Shown here: piece after piece, positions 59,641 through 64,000 of the stretch
How the letters are laid out: the number at the start of each line of letters is the position of its first letter
Numbering within the stretch: position 1 is the stretch's first letter
Source of the DNA: Scenedesmus sp. PABB004
Lineage: Eukaryota
DNA: 64,000 nt
Assembly: GCA_014905635.1 (NCBI GenBank)
Contig: JABVCE010000009.1
Span: 868,001-932,000 of the forward strand
Direction: 5' to 3'
The notes under the pieces: model-generated
What the model saw: only the letters and a program-made list of their open reading frames with translations
Databases searched by the model: none
Told to the model about the DNA's origin: nothing
Position numbers and translations under genes: made by a program

Positions 59641-61111
59641 ATGGCGCAGCTCGCACCCCGCTCCGCGCGCGCAGGCGCAGTGGCCGCTGCGCCGGCGGCG
59701 CGGCGGCCCGCCTGCGCGGCCTTTGGCGTTGTGCGGCCGGCCCCGGCGTCGCGTGGGGTGCGCGGGGCGGTCGCGGCTAGCGCGAGCGGGGGCGGCGACG
59801 CGACAGCAGCAGTCTCGCGCCGGGAATGGCTCGCCGCTGCCGCGGCCGTGGCGCCGCTGCTGCTGCAGCGCGCCGCCTCCGCGGACTCGGGTGCGTGCTG
59901 CGGGCATGTAGCGAGCGAGATCCCGGCCGGGCGGCGCGGCTGCGCGGGCGCGGCGGCGGCGGCAGCAGCGCGCCGCGCCGCCGATCGGTCGCCGCGCCCG
60001 CGCCGCCTCGCTCCCGCCCCGCCGCCCAGACTACGCCACGTTCTTCGGCATGGCCACGCCGCCGACGAGCTACGGCGGCTACGGCGGCAACGCGAACGAG
60101 AGCCCCAAGTGCGCGGCGCTTGCACACGCGTCGCCGCCGCCGCCGCCGCGCTGGCGTGCCCACGCGGCTCTGCCGTCACGCCGCCCACATCGCGCGCGCC
60201 CCCTGCCGCAGGTACACGTTTGAGTACCCGGCGGGCTGGAAGCAGGAGGTGCCGAGCAAGGTCGAGAAGGGGACGCAGGGCATCGACGGCCGCGTGGTCA
60301 ACCCGCGCAGCAAAGGCGCGCGCGCGCGCCCACGGGCAGGGCGGGGGCAGGGCACACACCTGCTCCTCGCCGCCGCGCACGCGACCACGACCGCGACGTG
60401 CCGCCGCCGCGCGCGCACGAACGCGCGCCGCCGCAGATCAGCGCGCGTTTGTGATCACGCTCACGCGCGCGGGCGAGGACAACAAGTCGTTCCGGCTCAC
60501 AGACATTGAGTCCACGTTTGCGAGCTTCGCCGGCGCAGACTACGACCTGCAGGCGCGGCAGCGCGCGCGGCGCGCGAGAACAGCAGAGCCAGAGGCCCCG
60601 GCCTGCCCGCCCACCGCGCGGCGCGCGCCACACACGCGCGCGCAGGACGCGGTGAGCGGCGCGACGAGCACGAGCAAGACGGAGGTGGAGAAGGACGGCA
60701 CGACCTTCTTCAACGTCGACATCGACTCCCCGGTGCGGCGGCACCCGCGGCACGCCCCGCGCGAGAGCCCGCACTGCGGGCGGCGAGCTGGCTCGCCTGC
60801 GCGCGCGCGCCCGCGCCCACGCGCGCACGCCAAATAACTCACGCGCCCACACCCTCCCGCGCCCCGCAGTCGTACCGCTACCTGTCGAGCATCGCGGTCA
60901 AGGACGGCAAGGTCTTTGCCCTCTTCGTCCGCAGCCCCGCGCGCGTGAGCGGCAGGCGCCGCCGCCGCGCCCGGCCCGCGTGCGCCCGACACGCGCCGCG
61001 CCGCGCCGCGCCGACCGCGCGGCGCCTGTGGCACATCTGTGTGCGCCGCAGATGTACGCCTCGGCCGAGGAGGACCTGCGGCACATCATCTCCACGTTCA
61101 AGCTGCTCTGA
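59641..61111 (+). CDS. PsbP-domain thylakoid lumen protein
   Basis: Transit peptide plus TAT motif SRREWL..ASA. YTFEYPAGW, YLSSIAVKDGKVFAL, LRHIISTFKL*. Confidence 0.85.
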
Positions 61112-61860
61112 GGCGCCGCAAGCTGCTGCGAGGCGCCGCAAGCTGCTGCGAGGCGCCGGTCGGCGCGCGGCGGGGCTGGCGTGGCGGGGCTGGCGCGAGC
61201 GCGCGCGAGGTCGCCGGCGGCGCCCGGCGGGGCGCCGGGGAGGGGGCGGTGACGCTGCCGCCGTGGGCGCGTGCAACCGAGGCCGAGTCCATTTACCTGC
61301 CCGCGTCATACGCAGGCTCCCTGCCAGCCGCAAGAGATACCGCTCCGTCTCCACCGACGGGCCAGGCGCACGCACGCGAGCCGCCGCGCCCTTATGCATG
61401 TAGTGCCAATGCTGCTGCCGCTGCGTGGAGGATTGGGTTGAGGGAACCGACAACGCTGCCTGCCCCCGTACGTCGTCCATGCACCGAAGCGCCGGGCTGC
61501 CGCCGCCCGCCGCTGGCCGCCGGCAGCGCCGGCAGCCTGGCAGTGCTCGCTCGCTCCCTCGCTCGTGCCGCCCCGCCGATGGTGCACGCGTGCAAGCCCG
61601 CGTCGGGCTAAATCTTCGCCGCCGGCAAGTAGGCAGGCTCGGCACAAGTAGGCTTGCGCGCCTGCACAACTGCACAACTGATCGAGTCAACGGGTCAACG
61701 AGTACTGCAGTCGTCGTCAGCGCGCCGAGCAGGGCCCATGCGGCGCCACTGCCGGCCAATCCACGCCCGTCGCGTCGTCACGGACTGCGCCGCCGTGCGC
61801 CGTGCAGCCCTGGCGATGCGCTGTCGCAGCGTCGCCGTGGTCAGTCGCGCGGCGGCCCCG

Positions 61861-64000
61861 TCAGCGCGCGGCGCGCACTGCCGCCCGCCGCGCCCGGGCC
61901 GCCGGCCCCGCGGGGCAGCCCTTGCCGAGCGCCGCGGCGCGGGCGCCGGCCGCCGGGCTGCCCGGCTCGCTGCCGGGCTCGCTGCCCGGCTCGCTGCCGG
62001 GCTCGCTCGACTCGCTCGCCCCCGCGCTGCTGCTGCGGGGGCTGCCGGCGGCGCTGCTGCCGGCGGCGCTGCTGCCGCCGGCGCTCGCGCCCGCGCCGCC
62101 GCCGCCGCCGCCGCCCGCCAGCGCGGCGGCGATGCGCGCGGCGGCCTCGGGCGCCGCCGCCGGGCGCAGCACGAAGCGGTGCGGCACGGCCGTGGCCACG
62201 TCGCCGGGCTGCTTGAACAGCAGCGCGCGCAGGCCGGCGAAAAAGGTGTAGCCGTAGGTGTCCCAGTCGGCGCCGGCGGCGCGGTCAAACACGCACGGCC
62301 ACGACGCCGCCTCGCCCGGCGACAGCGCGTCGCGCAGCGCCGCCGCGCGCGCGGCGCAGCTCACGACCGAGCGGTTGTACCTGCGCGGCGGCGGCCCGGC
62401 GCGGCGGGGCGGCGGCGCGCGTCGGGCGGCAGCCCGCTTGGGAGGCGCGCACGCGCCCGCCCGCCCCCGCCCGCCCGCCCGCCGGCCCGCCCGCCCGCCC
62501 GCCCGCCCGCCCGCCCGCCCGCCCGCCCGCCCGCCCGCCCACCCGCCCGCCTGCCCGGGCACTCGGCACTGCGCCCCACCTGAAGCTGTTTTGAACGCTG
62601 AAGGCCTTGAATCCGTTGGCGAGCGCGCGCGCCTCGCGGGCCTTGCCCGCCCAGGTCAGCGCGGCGCCGACGAGCCAGATCTTGGCCTCGGTCACCCACC
62701 GCCCGAGCGCGAGGCCCCAGGCGCTCGGCGAGTGCTCGCGCGTGTAGGTCACGTACCTGCGAGCCCGCGGCGCGGCGCGGCACGGGTGAGCGCGCGGCCG
62801 TGGTGGTGGTGGTGGTGCAGCGGCGGTGGCGCGGCGGCGGCACGCGCGGCGCGTGCGCGGCGCGCGCGCGCACCGCGTGCCGGGCAGGCGCAGCGGCGGG
62901 GCGTTAGCCGACCAAAAGGCGGCCATGTGCTTGATGGCGTAGGTGATGGGCAGGCGGTGGCAGGCCGCGGTCGCGGCGTGGTACACGCACGCGGGGCCGG
63001 CGCCGCCGGGCGCGCGCGCGGCCGCGGCGCCCGCCGCCGCCGCGACGATGACGAGCGCGGCGACCGTGTCTGCGCGCGCGGCGGCGCGCGGCGGCGCGCG
63101 GCGGCGTGGACGCGCTGCGCGCGCGGGCCGTGCGTGCGCGACCGCGCCGCGCGCCGTGTGGCGGGGGCGGGCGCGTGGGGGCAGCCTCTCGTCTCACCGC
63201 AGGGCACCAGGTCCAGGGCATAGTCGCTGGCAAAGGCCATGGACGAGAGCGAGGGAAAGAAGCCGCACGAGTAGCCTGGCGGCGGCGGCGGCGCCCCGGG
63301 GCGGCGGCAAATACGGCGGCGGTGTGAGCGCCGCGGGCGCCTCGGGCGAAGGACGGCGCGCGCCGCGACGAGGCGCAGGGCCGGCGCCGGCACGCGCCGC
63401 ACCCATGATCCAGCCGGGCGCGCCGGCGTAGCCGCTGACCCAGCCGGGGTACGGCGCGCCCGCGAGCGCCGAGATGAGGCTCGGCCGCACGACCGCGCGC
63501 GCGACGCGGCGCGGGAGCGGCCAGCCCGCGACGAGGTGCTCGGTGAGGTGCTTGCCAAAGGCGTAGCTGCTGGTGAAGTCGAGCCGCGCCATCAGCGCCG
63601 CCGCCTGCGCCGCGGCCGCGGCGCGGGGGTTGTGGGCGTGCCGCACGGGGCGACCGCGCTCGCACCGCGGCCGCGTTTGCGCCGCACCTGCGCGTCGGCC
63701 TCGGCCGGCGGCATCGCCAGCAGCGCGTCCACGAGCTCGTCGTGGCGTAGCGGCGCGCCGCCGGCGAGCGCGAGCGGCAGGTCGTGCAGCGCCTCGGGCA
63801 CGAGCGTGTTGCGCGGCAGGTGGTTGTTGACCTGTGCCCGCGCGGCGGGTGGGCGCGGCGGGTGAGCCCGGCGCGGCGCGGCGGCCGCGCCGCCGCGTCC
63901 GCGCCGCCATCGCGCGCACCCAGTAGGTCGACGTGAACACGAGGCTGCGCAGGCGCGGCATGCGGGCCGCGAGCTGCAGCAGCGCGCGCGTGCCGGCGTA
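61861..64000 (-). CDS. Fatty acyl-CoA reductase (NAD_binding_4 + Sterile domain), 5'-truncated by the window edge
   Basis: LVFTSTYW, YAFGKHLTE (YxxxK), VVRPSLI..PYPGW, DLVP/D.VA, DWDTY..FAGLRALL. Confidence 0.85.

Noticed and set aside
61101..61158. Short ~20-bp tandem repeat overlapping the PsbP-domain stop codon
   Set aside because: A simple local slippage duplication with no evident function.
1..64000. Hundreds of long Arg/Ala/Pro/Gly-rich ORFs (e.g. 21445-25017, 55766-58948, 50788-53751)
   Set aside because: They result from extreme GC content and read through introns or antisense strands. Only segments matching spliced exons were used.

Overview
Very GC-rich, intron-dense eukaryotic nuclear DNA. 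Short GC-rich introns, frequent GC-AG donors, TGTAA poly(A) signals and plastid-targeted proteins point to a chlorophyte green alga, probably Selenastraceae (Raphidocelis/Monoraphidium-like; inferred). Most ORFs in the supplied track are GC-driven artefacts, so I rebuilt the genes exon by exon by eye; family calls are from recalled motifs, not database searches. About 21 protein genes were found: a FLASH/CASP8AP2-like coiled-coil protein, RP2, two paralogous secreted jacalin-like/VPxP-repeat proteins, plant-type HEN1, FtsHi, a membrane protein, a secreted tandem-repeat peptide precursor, a bZIP-like protein, CDJ2-like DnaJ, TRS120/TRAPPC9, cpFBPase-II, an ABHD hydrolase, a peroxisomal SDR, a KCTD-type BTB protein, a BTB-kelch protein, an unknown small protein, ABA4-like, an HI0933 flavoprotein, a PsbP-domain protein and a partial fatty acyl-CoA reductase. 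An initiator tRNA-Met sits inside a TRS120 intron. The most striking item is the 9-exon minus-strand gene at 27254-29353. It encodes a signal peptide, a pro-region and three near-identical 58-aa peptides separated by G-RKL(L) sites, which is the architecture of a prohormone/KEP-type precursor. Also notable are the FLASH-like gene, a cleavable 6-Cys domain in the lectin pair, and a ~180-bp inverted repeat flanking one lectin gene.
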